From the human T2T-CHM13v2.0 reference genome, Homo sapiens, in assembly GCF_009914755.1 (NCBI RefSeq), contig NC_060933.1: a stretch of DNA of 64,000 nt; one strand, 5' to 3'. Below the pieces are notes generated by a model. That model did no database searches. It was not told the origin of the DNA and saw only the letters and a list, made by a program, of their open reading frames with translations. Within the stretch, counting starts at the first letter, position 1; every line of letters starts with the position of its first letter. Positions 18,794-35,037 of this stretch are shown here, piece after piece. Made by a program: the position numbers and the translations under genes.

Positions 18794-21700
18794 GTATCTC
18801 TAAAAGCTTCTACCAGCATCACATATTTCCTTGATGTTAATATTTTCAAGATTTGATTGTCTACATTCCCAAAGTATAGTGCTTGACACAAGTGACTGTT
18901 TAGGTACCAGCAATTCTGCTGTGGAGTGTGTACAGGAATATCAGTTTCTGATCCTTCTTCCCATAAGTTTAACTCTATGGTAACAATTACCTTTTATAAA
19001 TTTAAGAAAAATCACTGTTGTTCAAAGTAATGGGATTTAAAATTCCTCAGAATAAACTAAAAAGAAAGAAAGAAGTTGAAAAATCACATCTAATCCCCAA
19101 AATTTCCAACTCTGAAAATCCCGCTTTAAAAATACAACTCACCTGGTTTATTTTAAAATGAAACATCAATTCTGTATATTCATAGAGACCCAGAGCAAAA
19201 TGATTTCAGCTGGATTTCAGTTACAGTAACCCTTTTCATCATAAATATTCTAAAATGCTGACCCTCTGTTGATACTGGCTAGAGGAATTTTTGTGTGTAT
19301 TTGAAATTACTTATTATTTTGGAGCCAGTGCTTTAATTTGACTGGTGCACCAACAACAAAAGAAGAGAAGACAGAAATATGTGTTCCAATATAACTAAAC
19401 ATTAAAGTCTTCTTTCCTTTTTCACAATGAAGTTTTAAAAGCTTTAACCATGAGATGATAAATCTGATAAAATCAGGGCAATTAATAAAGAAATTAAATA
19501 ATAAATGAAAAGAAATCTTAAAAGCATTAAAATAGGAGGCTCTTTAAAGTGTCATTTAATCTCCATCATTTCAGATGCTTTATGTGTCTTCATCACATCA
19601 TTCCTATGACTTTCTAATGAAACAGTTCTACGGTCCTCCTAAATTAATCATTCCAACACATAACAGCCTTCATTTTGAGAATAGTTTCATCCTATTTAAT
19701 CTTTGCCATATAAACTTTATTTCCTTTGTGAGCCTTTATGTTTGTGTATTGATAGAGAAAACGTTGTCATTATTCTTCACATAACTGAAAAGTCACTAAA
19801 TTAGTGAGGTTCATTGCTTTTTTTCAGATAAATAGACCTCATATTTTCAAACTCTCTTTGTCTGTCTTTTACTCTCCATCTTCTAATATAAGGTTATTTT
19901 GCATAATACTTTTCCAAATTCCTCATACCCCATTGGTTAGGCAATCCCTCCTGAGAGGGGAAAGCATCCTAGAGACTACCTGTCAGATGCTATTATAGTT
20001 TTCGTACATGTTACTTCCATGGTCATGCTCAAATCCAAATGGAAATTACAGAGAAGAGTATTTAAGTAGTTCTATGTATAGTAGGAAGTGGGTGCTAATA
20101 GATTTCCTTAGGTGAAAAAACCTGGATTTCAGAATGCTGAAACAGAGGAAATCAGATACCATCTTCAAGAGTGTTCTTTTGGAAAGTTTATGGGATTATC
20201 AATTCTCTTGAAGTAATAAAAATATAACTCTTCATAGCTGTTAATTGAGCTGAACTGAGAATGCTAGGTTCAACATATATTTTGGTATCACTTTAAAATA
20301 AAAATATTATGACTTTCTATATAATAACAAATAAAAATCCTGTCTCCTTTGGCACTATTACATCTTTGACAGAAAAGCTGAAAATAGTTGATTAATATTT
20401 GGTTTGTAATTCTGATGGTATACCTAAAAAGTGCAGGATAAGTCAAGATAATCTTTAAAGGAATCATGGGGTATTTATCGAAAAGAACCAGTTAATAATG
20501 TTACAAGATGCCCATTAGGCACAGGCATGTGAATTAGGTTCTCTGGGAAGTTAAGAAATAGGATATTAAAAAAAAAAACCACGATATTCAATCCCTATCT
20601 TCAAGGTACTAACTTTTAACTTGAAGAGCCTATGCAACGGAAATTCCAGTGTCAGCATCATATGACAAAACAAAAAAGAAGATGACCCCCAAACAATCTT
20701 AGCACATATGTATTGTTGACTTTGGCTGGGAAGGACAGGCAGAAGGAGAAATGTCAAAGAGTTTCTAGAGCATTTGGAGGTGCTAGACCCAGGTGAAGCT
20801 CGTATGGAAAGACAGATTTTGACTGATGTTGTGAAAGGCTATTTTCTTGTCCTAATAGAATCTGGAAGGTCACCTCTGAAAGTAATGAAATTCTTTCTGC
20901 ACTGCAATAAGATTGTTCAATTTTTAATTCAAGGAAAATCCCAAAGCAAACGGCACATAAAATATTGGGGCTTGGGGGTGGTAGTGATAAAATTATCATC
21001 AACATTTAAAGACCTGTCAATCTAAGCATGCACATGGATCCATTTTAAAATAAATTATATTGTTTTTCAATGACAGATGCCATTTTTATCATGCACATTC
21101 CTGCAATTTAATTTACAATAAATCTCCAAATAGCTTAAGGCAATTATTTTAGGTAGTGCTTTATCTAGCAGTCATGTCATTTGCTTTCTTATTCTATTTT
21201 TGTTGCACAGATGTGAAGGAGTTTTAATGTATTTCATATTCCTGCTAACAATAAAGAAAAATAAGATGCACCAAAAAAGAATGAGCCCACAGGACATCTG
21301 GTACTCTCACCTCATTTAAAAAAAATATTTAATACAGGTGTTTGTATTCCAACCATTCTATCATATTCCATTTAATTTACAGTCAAGGTTCCCCACCAAA
21401 CCGTCTTAAGCCATAAGCTGTGTCTTTCATCGTCTCATAATGACTTTAACATAGACTCTGTGAAATAAGCAATTTTTGCCATATGACTTTAGGATCGAGT
21501 ATAACACTAGAAGGGACTCCAAGAAATATCGGGGCTATTACCTTGTGTCCCAGTATAGTTGAATCAGATATGGACATGTCATTTACTGTCTTATTCATAG
21601 AATTCTTCTTGAAATCTAATTTCAGGAGAATTTCTAGTAATAATTAATAATAGAAGTCCAGGGCCAGAAGCAAAGAGAGAAAAAAAATTATAGCAAAATT

Positions 21701-22984
21701 TGCAACTCAAAAAGTTTTTTTCTACATCATACTTCAGGACAGTAGTTAACAAAAAAAGCTTAATTGGACAAACATTTTTTGAGAGTCTACTAGATACTGA
21801 GTGCTGTATAAGGTATGTCTCTGTTGATGTGAGCATTTTGCCATACTATTTTTTATTAAAATTTACATTTGTTGGAATGCATTTAACTATTTATATGCCT
21901 TTAATTTATAACCTAACTCATGATATAATCTGATTTGTGCTACACTCATAATAATGTCAACACCATTATAATTTTTGCCATAATCTCATAATTTAATTTC
22001 CTATATAGTGATATCAATACTGACACATTTGTTCCACCTGGGACAGAATGTTAATGCTTTTGGAGAAGAATTTAAGAGCAAGTCCTTCTGGAAGACTTCT
22101 TTTTTGGATAATTCAGAACTACAAAGTTTGGTGGATACAGAATCATGATTAATCTCACACTTGGTTAAGTGCATAGCTGATGTTGCTCAATCAGACTTAA
22201 TAAGGAATGCTAGGAAGAGAATGATGCTTCTACACAGCAGCATGTGATAACAGCTGTTTTCCAAACATGACACAATAAGAGCAAGTCATTATCTTTGAGA
22301 AAGGTGATGCCTTCAAAGATTAAAATTCAATAAATATTTGAAAGACAACTTTGCACAATTTTGATTTGTAAAAGATGAACTGGGGAAATGTCTAAACAAC
22401 TTGACATGCCTTTTGCCTTTTTTGGAGTGTGGGTAGAGGTTGGGAGGAGACCCTGCTAAAAGCTAACATTATTAATACAAGGTCTGATATTTTACTTCCT
22501 TTTCAGTAAAATAATGCCAAGTGTCTTTATGACATTTGTAAACGGAGAACATTCAGCTTATGCCCAATCTAATTACCTCCAGTTGCTTTTAATTCCAATA
22601 TACCCACATTATGAAGTTCAGGAAAAATTCATTCTTAGTTTAAAAAGGGAAATAAAAAATATTTAAAGTCTTTCAATTTCTGGTTTATGCACAAATTTTG
22701 ACATATTTAGAAATTCAAACCTCTTTGAAACCAATAAGGCGTATTTCAAACACAAACACCAGTTAGATTAGATACCATTAAAGGGAGACTAATAAGCAAA
22801 CTACAGTTAAATCCAAAATCCTACACAACCTCAAGCGCCAGTCAAATCTCACCTCTTCCTTGTAGCCTCCCCAACACTCCTTGCCAGAGGAGCTCACGTG
22901 CTTCAAAACCTTTCCAGCGCTGGTCTGCACCATCCAAAACCTCTGTCTTATACTGTAGTTATATTTATTCAGTACTGTACATGC

Positions 22985-23171
22985 CAGTGGGGTAATTTTG
23001 TACCCCTAGAGGCATTTTTCAATGTCTTGGGACATATTTGATTGTCCCAACTGGAGAGTGCGTGTGCTTCCAGCATCTAGAAGGTGGAGACCAGAGATAC
23101 CGCTAAAGATCCACAGTGCTCAGGTAATTCCCCCCACAACAAAGAAATGGTGCTCAGGCTGAGAAACCCTG
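22985..23171. mobile_element. MER20, opposite orientation to the 10672 copy, partly deleted
   Basis: GCATCTAG...GGAGACCAGAGATACCGCTAAA...CCCCACAACAAAGAA...GGCTGAGAAACCCTG. Confidence 0.75.
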
Positions 23172-25299
23172 ATTATATCCTGCACACTGTACATCTGGTA
23201 AGTGGTTAATTTTATATTGCACGTTATAATTACATATAACTCAATCAGTTGTTTTCTCAGTAGCTAAAAGAGTGAATGCCAATCCAAATGTGCCTCCTCC
23301 AGAATAAGTAAGTAGTTTAGGTAAGAATTTGGCTCAACATTTTATTTTTATTCTATCTTGGCTTAGGATGACATGCATACAAACTCTGTTGAATGTTTTG
23401 ATAAAAACTTTCAGAGTTGGAGGTAAACTGTCTTCATAATAAGCTGTTTTCCTAGGGCTTCGTTATATACAGCACAGCATTTTTTTACAGCATTTTATTT
23501 TATGTGCACATTTATTTTTGCCACTTTTTAAAGGAAATATGTGCAAGAATATAATGAGACGGTATATGAATAAAGATTGCAGCATTAAAAATACATATAA
23601 AGGCCACCATGACTGCAATTTTTCATGAGTGAGAATTTGGTGAGAATAGTTTACATGCTCTCCTCAATGTTTCTAAAGACACAACACTGAATGGAAGTAA
23701 TATGGACCCACAGATCAGCACTCAATGTAGCATATCTTAGAACAGCTTTTTCCTTACTCCCAGGATACACAGCTGCTGCCCATATTCCCCTCTGGGGTAC
23801 AGTTATGTCAGACTTGAAAGAAAAACCCAATTCCTGCTCTGCCCTGGTCCTTTTATATCCAGACGTATAGAGCATTGGGGAAAAAAAGTATGCTTTCAGT
23901 ATACAGGCTTCTTATTAACAAGGAATATTTATAAACACTGTGACCTCCTGATTCCTGAAGCAAACTCAGCTCTAGCGAGGCCACATCCTCACTGAAGAAT
24001 GAAAGCGGAGTCAAGGCCTATGAGCCCTGATCAAGATTTCTGCCTGCAGCTTTATAGTTCCTCAAAAACCAGTCTCCCTGGAGTCACCTCTTTGCGCACA
24101 AACATTTCACACAGAACATTGCGTAGGATTATACTTTCTCTCAATAGGTAGTCTTCTTGCTGCAGTAATAACATTCTAATTGCCTGGAAAGGAATATAAC
24201 TTCAAGAGTATATGCAACCAAAAGGTAAAAGTAAAAGACAAAATCAGGTTCTATAAACTCTAGTTCTATATTTTCGTGTGTGCGAATGTGTATAAGCTTG
24301 TGTTATTCTCATTTATGTTGATTTTGTTTGTTCATCTTGTTTTATTTTAATAAGAAAGCAAATAAAATTGCAGTGTGGTTCCAAAGAGCAATCAGAAAGC
24401 ACAGCACTCCCTGCACAACAGGAAAAGGAACAGAAGAGAAGGTTGTGATTGGCTCCTGGAGACCTCAGCAACCTTCTCCAAACTGAACAGAGTATAAAAT
24501 GTGATTTTGCTCTCTTCATAATGATTATCAAATTCCTGTTGGCTAATACAATTATTTGGCACTAAATATCCTCTACTTGTCATGCATATGACTCACTTAA
24601 AATCATTACAGGATGGCATTATTCACATATGGTTAACATAGCTAAATTCATTTGCAGTTTACCAACTGTTCTATAGAATATTTTTGCACCCTGTAGAATT
24701 GATCTATCCCAAGGCATAATCAACGTGATATACACAGCCTTTCTTTTCTTTTACACCAACGGAGGATTTTAGGCTGGCTTTAAAGTTCTAATGAATGCTC
24801 CTGGGTACATTTTGTTTTTTCCTTCATGTCAGAAAGATGGTATTTTATTTATCCCTAGGTAGTACATGTTAGATCATCATACTGTCAGAGACCTCTGTGA
24901 AGTCAATCCCAGATTTATTGCTTGTTCCCATTTCCTTCAAGCACCTACAACATTTGGGCTGAAACTTCGTCATGATTAAAGAAGCAAAGATTGTATCACC
25001 TTATTTATCAGGAAAGAAAAGAAAGCAGTTCTGTGTCTGTGGGCTCTACCATTCCTAGGTTCTTCCTATCAAGCAAATCTGCTGGCATTTAATGCTATGG
25101 CCTCAGTTTAAGTTGACATACATATTAGACATTTTTATGTGGATAAAACCAAAGAAGAGGGGGATCTGTATACAGTGATATTTTGATCATCACCCATGAA
25201 ACAAAAAAAGAATATTTTAGATATAATCCAAATTTTTGAAAAGTGGCCTTAAATAACTTACATCACATTAAGCCGGTGATCATTTTGCATTAGAGTTTT

Positions 25300-25530
25300 A
25301 ATTCTCCCCACTATCTTCCCTAACTCATTTTTCCCCATAGCATTTTGCACTCTCCTACACACTACATCATTTAGTTATTTATTTTGTACTGTCTTCCCTC
25401 CCCTACAAGAAGGGAAGCTCCAAGCAGGCAGGGATTTTGGCCAGTTTTGTTCCCTGCAGGAGCTCAGACACTTAGAACAATGACTAGCATGTGGCAGACA
25501 CTCGTACCTGTTTGTTGGATGAATGAATAT
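25300..25530 (+). mobile_element. L2 3' end
   Basis: AAGCTCCAAGCAGGCAGGGATTTT...TTTGTTGGATGAATGAAT. Confidence 0.7.
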
Positions 25531-26982
25531 GACATCTTCCACTCTTTCTCCAATTATTTTTTAGGCATTCAAGTAATTTTGCTATAAATCCTTTTCCAGA
25601 AGAAAGAACTTTTTAAAATTAATTTATCTTAAGTGTGGAAAAGAAGACTCTGAAAAAATATCCTATAGTAATTTACCTTACATCCCTCTCAGCAAAGGTC
25701 TGATCAGTTTTACATTTATTTAAAAACATGGTTATTTACTTTTGAAAATCAGAAACTACAAATCGAGATCATTTCTATCTCTTTCTCAGAGGGGAAAGGG
25801 GCTACTTCCAGTCTTTGTGGTATATCCCTAAAAGTTCATTAAAGTGAAAGAAAGCAGGTTAACCCTGAGGACCTAAACAGCTCTGGGAGGTCAGTGTTAT
25901 CAGCCCTTTTCAAGTGAAATGGCTGAGGCTCACAGGCTTCCACTGCTTGCCAGGTAAGGAAGTGGGGACTGGGAGTGGGATTAGGTGTGTCGGCTGTGGA
26001 GGCCATGACCTTTCTGATCCGTAGTCAGACACATTATCCATGGCACAACTGGCCTTTACCCAAGGCTGTGCCCTTTCTAAGAGCAGCAGTTCCACTCCAG
26101 GACCAAGGCGTACAGTTCCTCTATCTCTTGGGTATTTAAGGTTTTCAGAAAGGCAGATGGTCTCACTTGAGTTGCTTCGTATGACTGGCATTTTTAATGA
26201 ATTAGTGACAGAAAAAAAAAAAAAAACTTGACTCACTCCCAGCTGGATAACTTCACAAATGCCAAGCTGAAAGGAATGATATCTCATAAATTCAGGCAAA
26301 TGGGCATTAAGGGGACTAAGCTGGCTGTTCTTTTAATATACCGAGTATTAGCATTTTCCAGGGCTTCAGGTCGGTAATGCAGTTTCAGCTCAGGAGACTA
26401 CACCTTTCATTAAAACTCTTTTATTCTTTCTGCTTTGCTATAATGAAAAAATCTTAACCTGTCACACCTGTAGTGATTATAGAAGGGTCTCAACTCTGGT
26501 GGGGAGAGAAGCTCAGAACAGGCATGTATAATTTTCAAAGACCACATAACTGCTTCAAAAAAAATGACAGCTGTCACCAACATTTTACATCCAAAAACAA
26601 GTTTAATTGTTCAGACTGGTGTTTTAAAAAGCTCCAGTTATTGGAAGGCTCCTCAATTTTTGTATAGCCAGAGACTCAAATAACTCTAGGCTAGAAGGTT
26701 TTATTTACTGATGAGAGAGGGCATATTCAATATCAAAAAATTGTCATTTTTATTTGTTTGCATTGAGGCTGAGACTAAAAAGCCAAGCAGCACACCAAAA
26801 GGAGAAAATTTACTGTATGCAAATTAAAAGCTAAAATAATTGCCTGCCATGAAAAGAAAAGTGAAGCACAGGAGCCTGAGGTAGGCCATACTTGACTTAC
26901 TCATCTTTAGAACAATCTTAATGCCCATCGTTTCACCTTCCACATAGTAAATAGTAAATGTCTGGTGCATGAATAAGAATAA

Positions 26983-27942
26983 GAGGAACTGAATAGACAT
27001 TTCTCAAAATAAGATATACTAATGGCCAGCAAATATATGAAAAAATGCTCCACATCACTGATCAGGGAAACGCAGATCAAAACCACAAGGAAGTATCATT
27101 TCACCCCAGTTAGGATGGCTATTATCAAAAAGACAAAAAATAACAAATGCTGGTAGTGACTCTTATACACTGTTAGTAGGAATGTTAACCAGTACGGCCG
27201 CTATGGAAAATAGTATGGAGGTTCCTCCAAAAACTACAAATAGGACCACTGTATGATCCAGCAATCCCACTATTGGGCATTTATCCAAAAGAAAGGAAAG
27301 AAGTGTATTGAAGAGATATCTGCACTCCATATTTATTGCAGCACTATTCACAACAATGAAGATATGCACTAAACCTAGGTGTCCAATAACAGGTGAATGG
27401 ATAAAGAAAATGTGTTGTACATACAAAATGGAATACTATTCAGCCATAAAAAGAATGGAATCCTGTCATCCACAGCAATGTGGATGGAACTTGAGGATAA
27501 GTGAAATAAGCCAGGAGCAGAAAGTTAAACAGCACATGTTCTCACGCATATGTAGAAGCTAAGAAAAAAAGGGGTTGATCTCATAGAAGTAAAAAGAAGA
27601 AAAGAGGATACAAGAGGCTGGATAGGGAAGGAGGAAGGGAGGGCTAGAGAGAGATTTATTAAAGGATATAAAATTAGAGCTAGAGACCTGGAATAAGTTC
27701 TAGTGCTCTATCTCAACTATAGAATGCCTATAGTTAAAAATATGTTAGATAGTTTCAAGTAGCTAGAAGAAGGATATTAGACATTACCAACACAAAAAAA
27801 TAATACATGTTTGAGATGATGGATATGTTAATTACCCTGATCTGATTACTATACATTATTATATGGATCTAAACATCACTAGGTACCCTATGAATATGTA
27901 CCATTATCATTTGTCAATTGAAAACGTAAAATTAAAAAAAAA
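26983..27942 (+). mobile_element. L1MA 3' fragment (ORF2 C-terminus and 3'UTR)
   Basis: Degenerate ORF2 end (IFIAALFT..K..WIKKM...MEYYSAIK), L1MA-type 3'UTR (GATGGATATGTTAATTACCCTGATCTGATT) and A tail. Confidence 0.85.
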
Positions 27943-28084
27943 TAGAAAAGTACTGCCATTTAAATGAATGAATGCCAGGTCACTTTACCCAAGGCTGCAG
28001 GGTACCCACAGCAGCACAGGTGTCTCCCTCACTTCCTTCAGGCCTCTGAACAAGTGTCACCAAAGAGAAGGTACAGAATGCAGT

Positions 28085-28660
28085 GAGAACCATGACAATA
28101 TTTCATTGCCTTTAATGTAGAATGAGTCTTTGGAAAATATTTGAATGTGAAAATTTATCTTGAAGGTAACTTGGCAATATGTATCAAGATCAGTAATGTG
28201 CAGGCTTTTGACACAGTAATTGCATTTATCCTACAGATAAATTACATAGTTATATTTGTAGGATAAATAATTACATAAATATATGATAATTATTTAACGT
28301 ATATATTTATCTGTCCATGTATACAGAGGTAGAATTACAAAGATGTTCAATGCCATATTTTTGTGATTATAGAAAACAACCTAAATTGCCCACCAGTAGG
28401 CGAACAGTTAAATGACTTCACAACCTTAAGAATGCTAGGCCATTATTTCACAAAATGAGGTAAGTTTATACATAGCAACATGAAAACATATCTAACTTAT
28501 ATATTAAATTTAAAAAGCTAGTTGTAGAATTTTATATCTAGTTTAAGAGTCATTGTTTTATTGCTTAGAATACACACATATGTATATTGACAATGGTTTT
28601 CATCCCTTTATTGCCTGAATTGCTAAAATATGAATATATTACTTTTGCATTAAAAATTTA
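28085..28660 (+). mobile_element. L1ME-type 3' remnant
   Basis: TTGGCAATATGTATCAAGAT...ATTTATCCTACAGATA...AAGATGTTCAATGC...GAAAACAACCTAAAT. Confidence 0.55.
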
Positions 28661-29222
28661 AACATGCTTAAAATATTTTTCGATGCATATATTTTCTAAG
28701 CATAAATGACTACATTTAAAGTCACATTTAATAGTGTTTAAATCATCACTCCTACTCCTTTCTACACTTAAATCCTATAACTCTTAGGTTTTTTTTTTAC
28801 CTTTGATAATAAAATTTTTTGACAATGGAAAAAAAGATATTCATCTTTCAAGCACCTGACCTACTTAAAACTGTCACACTTTTCAGTTCATTTTGCTTCA
28901 TAGTCCATTTGTTCAAATGCTAAGTGATAATTGATTTGTCTTGAGTTCATCTTTCAAAATAAGCCAGCATAAAACAAACTAGTATACAACATAAGGCAGC
29001 TGATAAATCAAGTTTAGCAATTCTTCTCATTTATATATTGTCTCGATATCAAGCCCCAAATAAACTTTAGAAGGTGGTCTAGCTGGTGGAAAAAATATGA
29101 ATTTTAGAATTATGATTTATGTTTGAATCCTGTCTCTGTCATAAACTACTAGTATAACTTATCTTCTCTGAGCTTCAGTTTCTCCATCTGTAAAATACAT
29201 TTCTTGTGAGGATTATACATAA

Positions 29223-29427
29223 TGCTATGGACTGAATGTTTGTGTACCAACCCCACCCACATTCAAATGTTGAAGCTCTAACCCCCAATGTAACTGTATT
29301 TGAAGATAGTATAAAGAAGTAATTTAAGTTAAATACAATCATAAGGGTGGGGCTTTGATCTAATATTTGTGTCCCTATAAAAAGAGACACTTAAGAACAC
29401 TTGTTTCTCTCTCTCTCTCTCTCTCTC

Positions 29428-29464
<37 letters not shown>

Positions 29465-29655
29465 ATGTGTGCACATGCACACAGGCTATACAAGAAAACA
29501 GCAAGAAGTTGAACATCTATGAGCTAGAAGAAACCAAATCAGTGGATACCTTGATCTTGGACTTCCAGCCTCCAGTACTGTGAGACATAGATTTCTGCCG
29601 TTTAAGCCACCCAGTCTGTGGTATTTTCTTATAGCAGCCCAAGCTGACTAATACA
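29223..29655 (+). mobile_element. MLT1A MaLR solo LTR inside a MIR, with an internal (CT)n(GT)n microsatellite at about 29406-29463
   Basis: TGCTATGGACTGAATGTTTGTG...GACTTCCAGCCTCCAGTACTGTGAGA...TTTAAGCCACCCAGTCTGTGGTA...GACTAATACA. Confidence 0.85.
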
Positions 29656-32015
29656 TGTAGCATAGGTAAAACATCAAATATAATACCAAGTACAGGGTTG
29701 ACACCAAATAAATGGTGACTGCAGGCTGCCCACACTTTTCTTTGCACAGCAACCTGTTAGCAGGACCTCACACATACTGGAACTGTGTTCTCACTTTGCC
29801 TGGCAGCGTAACCTATATATTGTGAGCCAGTTTGTCCAACCACTTGAGCAAATATTATCTCTTTTGTCTGTGAAATGAGTATGACAATATCTACCAGGGT
29901 TGTGAGGATTTGAAAACATGGAGGAGAAGCACTGAGATTGGGTTGGCACATGGCAGGTGCTCAAAAATGATACCTATTGCTGTGTTTTTTATGGATGTCC
30001 AATATAAGACCTTAAAGAACTGCTTGTTTTGTTAAAAAAAAACTCTTCCTGGTGAACTTTTAGACAGAACTGCAAAAGGGCAGGTGCAAATATTTGTCCA
30101 GCTATGGTCAGCCCAGCCCCTGACCCCTAGTGGGCACATTATGTCTGCTGCCAAAACTTTCCAAGTGGTTTAGCCCCCCTGGCTGGCATTGAAGAGGCAG
30201 AGGTTGTGGGATTAATTTCCACAGTCTGATTAGCTTTCAGAGAAAACTCTGACTTGTAGCTTGGAATGTCATAGTGGCCTGAGACCACCTCTTGAAAAAA
30301 TACTAGCAATACTGGCTATTAAAGAGCATGAGAACCCCAACCCATGCAACTCCATCAGGGCTGGCAGCCTTTCTTATTTTTTTAAATTAATTAATTTCTT
30401 TTTGATTGACAAATAATTGTGTATATTTACGGGGCACAGTGTGATGTTGTGATCTATGCATAAATTGTAGAAAGATTCAATCAAGCTAAGGAACATATGC
30501 AATGTCTTAATGAGGCTTTGGCAATGTCAGTCATACATTAGTATATAATCCTAACGTCGCAATCTGAGAGCTACCTCTCCCCCGTGTCTGTGCTGGTTCT
30601 CCCTCTGCAGCCACTTTGCCAATCACATTTCAAATGCAGAACCCAGGCCTGCCTGTCTCAGGGCAGACCATGAAACAGAGACACTGGCTGCCAGGGTCAC
30701 TTTTGATTGCAGGGCCAGCTGCCCTCCCATCTGCTTGTCAGGCTGGAGAAAAGGCTGAGAATTGAAAATGTGAAAATAATGCAGCCCCAGTGTAAAAAAA
30801 AATCCAGATTTTTCAATTGCCATTCTGCGAGTAAAACCTAGGAATTAACCTGTGGCCTTTTTGTTTTATTGTTTCATAAATGAGTAATAGCTAGAGGGAG
30901 GTATCCCTTAGACCATTTCAGGCCCAATTGCTACAGAGAAGAAAATGATACTATGAAGTCACATAAGGATGAAACATTTTAGAAGTCTTAAGATGTGACT
31001 CTTTTTTTTTTTTTAAACACGCTGGGCATGTGAGCTACCTTCTGGATGGTATCTTGGTCCAAGTTTCCAGAACTACTGCCCTTTGGTGCCTGAGTCTCAA
31101 TGATGGGGAGAACAGGGCACTATAAATTCAGAGGCTCTGGATTTAGAATTTTCTTGGAACAATTCGGTATACCTGTTATTTGTGAATGCATTTCACATCA
31201 TTTGGATATTGTCAGAACATTACTGACCTAAGGGTATCAGAATCAAAGCTCTTGATTTTCTTCAGCCCAGAATGCCTCACCAGCAAGATGATCTTCTTTC
31301 CGTTCTCTTACAATATCCCCTTCAGTCATCCAGCCCATTGCCTCCTCACACCTTTAAGTGAAAACAGGTCTGATTTCCAATGACAATCTGTGAAGGAAGC
31401 CTACAGAGAACGCAGCTTGCTGCACCCAGCATGAAGACTAGCACAGCACTCACACCTCGCTCAGCACCCAGGATTTGCACAGGTGTTCAGGAAGCATTGA
31501 ATGAATGAAAAATCATGAATAGAGGAAATCTGCCCACTTAGTTATTTCTGGAGTGATCCTGGTATCTCTTCCAAGTTTTCTTGTTATAAAAATAATCTTA
31601 CTTGTGGTTTGCAGAAGTTCTCCAATGTCCTCTGGACCCCTGATTTTCTCATTCTTAAGACTCAATGGTTGTCTCTGTTGGGCACCTCTGACCTACGTTT
31701 GTGGTTTAACATATATTTATTGAGTGCCTTCTCTGGGCCAAACCTTTGTGAACAAGGTAGAAAACTCCTGTACTTTTGAAGCTTATATTCTAATGCTACA
31801 GATGGGCAAAAACAAATAAATACTCTTATTTCAGGTAATAAGTCCAGGAAGAAAAACAAAACAGAATAAGGGAATGGAAAAGAAAGGGGTGGGGTGAGGT
31901 TACTTTAATTATGATGATAGAGGCAAGTCTCTCTGAGGAAGTAACATTTAAGCAGAGACTAAATAGAACAGTTTAGGGATGTTCTTAACTACATGCAGGG
32001 ATGTAGTTAGAATTA

Positions 32016-33930
<1,915 letters not shown>

Positions 33931-34462
33931 AGAATTAAAATATGTGATAACAGTAACGCAAACAGTGGGAGAGATTTAAGTGAAATTAAAATATTCTGAG
34001 ATTCTTAGTACATGCTGTCTGGAAAATGGTAAAAGTACTCATTTATATTGGGCTTTTGTAAGTTAAGCATGCATTATATGTTCTCTACAATTTTAATAAC
34101 GGAATAATAAAATAGGGATGGGAAACAAAATATAATAATAATACTTGATTAATCCAAAGAGTAGCAAAAAAAGGAGAGAAAAATAATATAGTCTCAGTAA
34201 GAGAAAACAGATGATGGATTTAAACCCCAAATATACCCAAAATTACATCAAATGCAAATTGATTAAATCTAATTAACTGATTATAAACAAAACAGTGCAA
34301 TCAGTACCCAATCACCTGCAGCTTACAAGAGATACATTTTGAATATAAGAGCTTGAAAATGTTGCAAGGATAGAAAATTCTAGATAAACATTAACCAAAA
34401 GAAGTCTGGCTTAGCAATACTGAAATTAGACAAAGTAGACTTTAAAGCCATAAGAATTTCTA

Positions 34463-34775
<313 letters not shown>

Positions 34776-35037
34776 AAATAATCTTATACCACGCAAGAGT
34801 TAACCCATCATGATGATGTAATAATTCTCAATTTATAATGTCTAATAACATAGCTTCAAAAAAGACAAAGCAAAAATTAACTGAACTAAATGGGAAACAG
34901 ACAAATCTGCAAATATAGTGGGAAATTTTAATACACTTCTGCCAGGAATTGATAGAGCAAGCAAAAGAAATCAGTATTGAACAAATAATATTTGAAGAAC
35001 ATGATGGACAAGGACATCTGCTACCTTTTCCTCTTTG

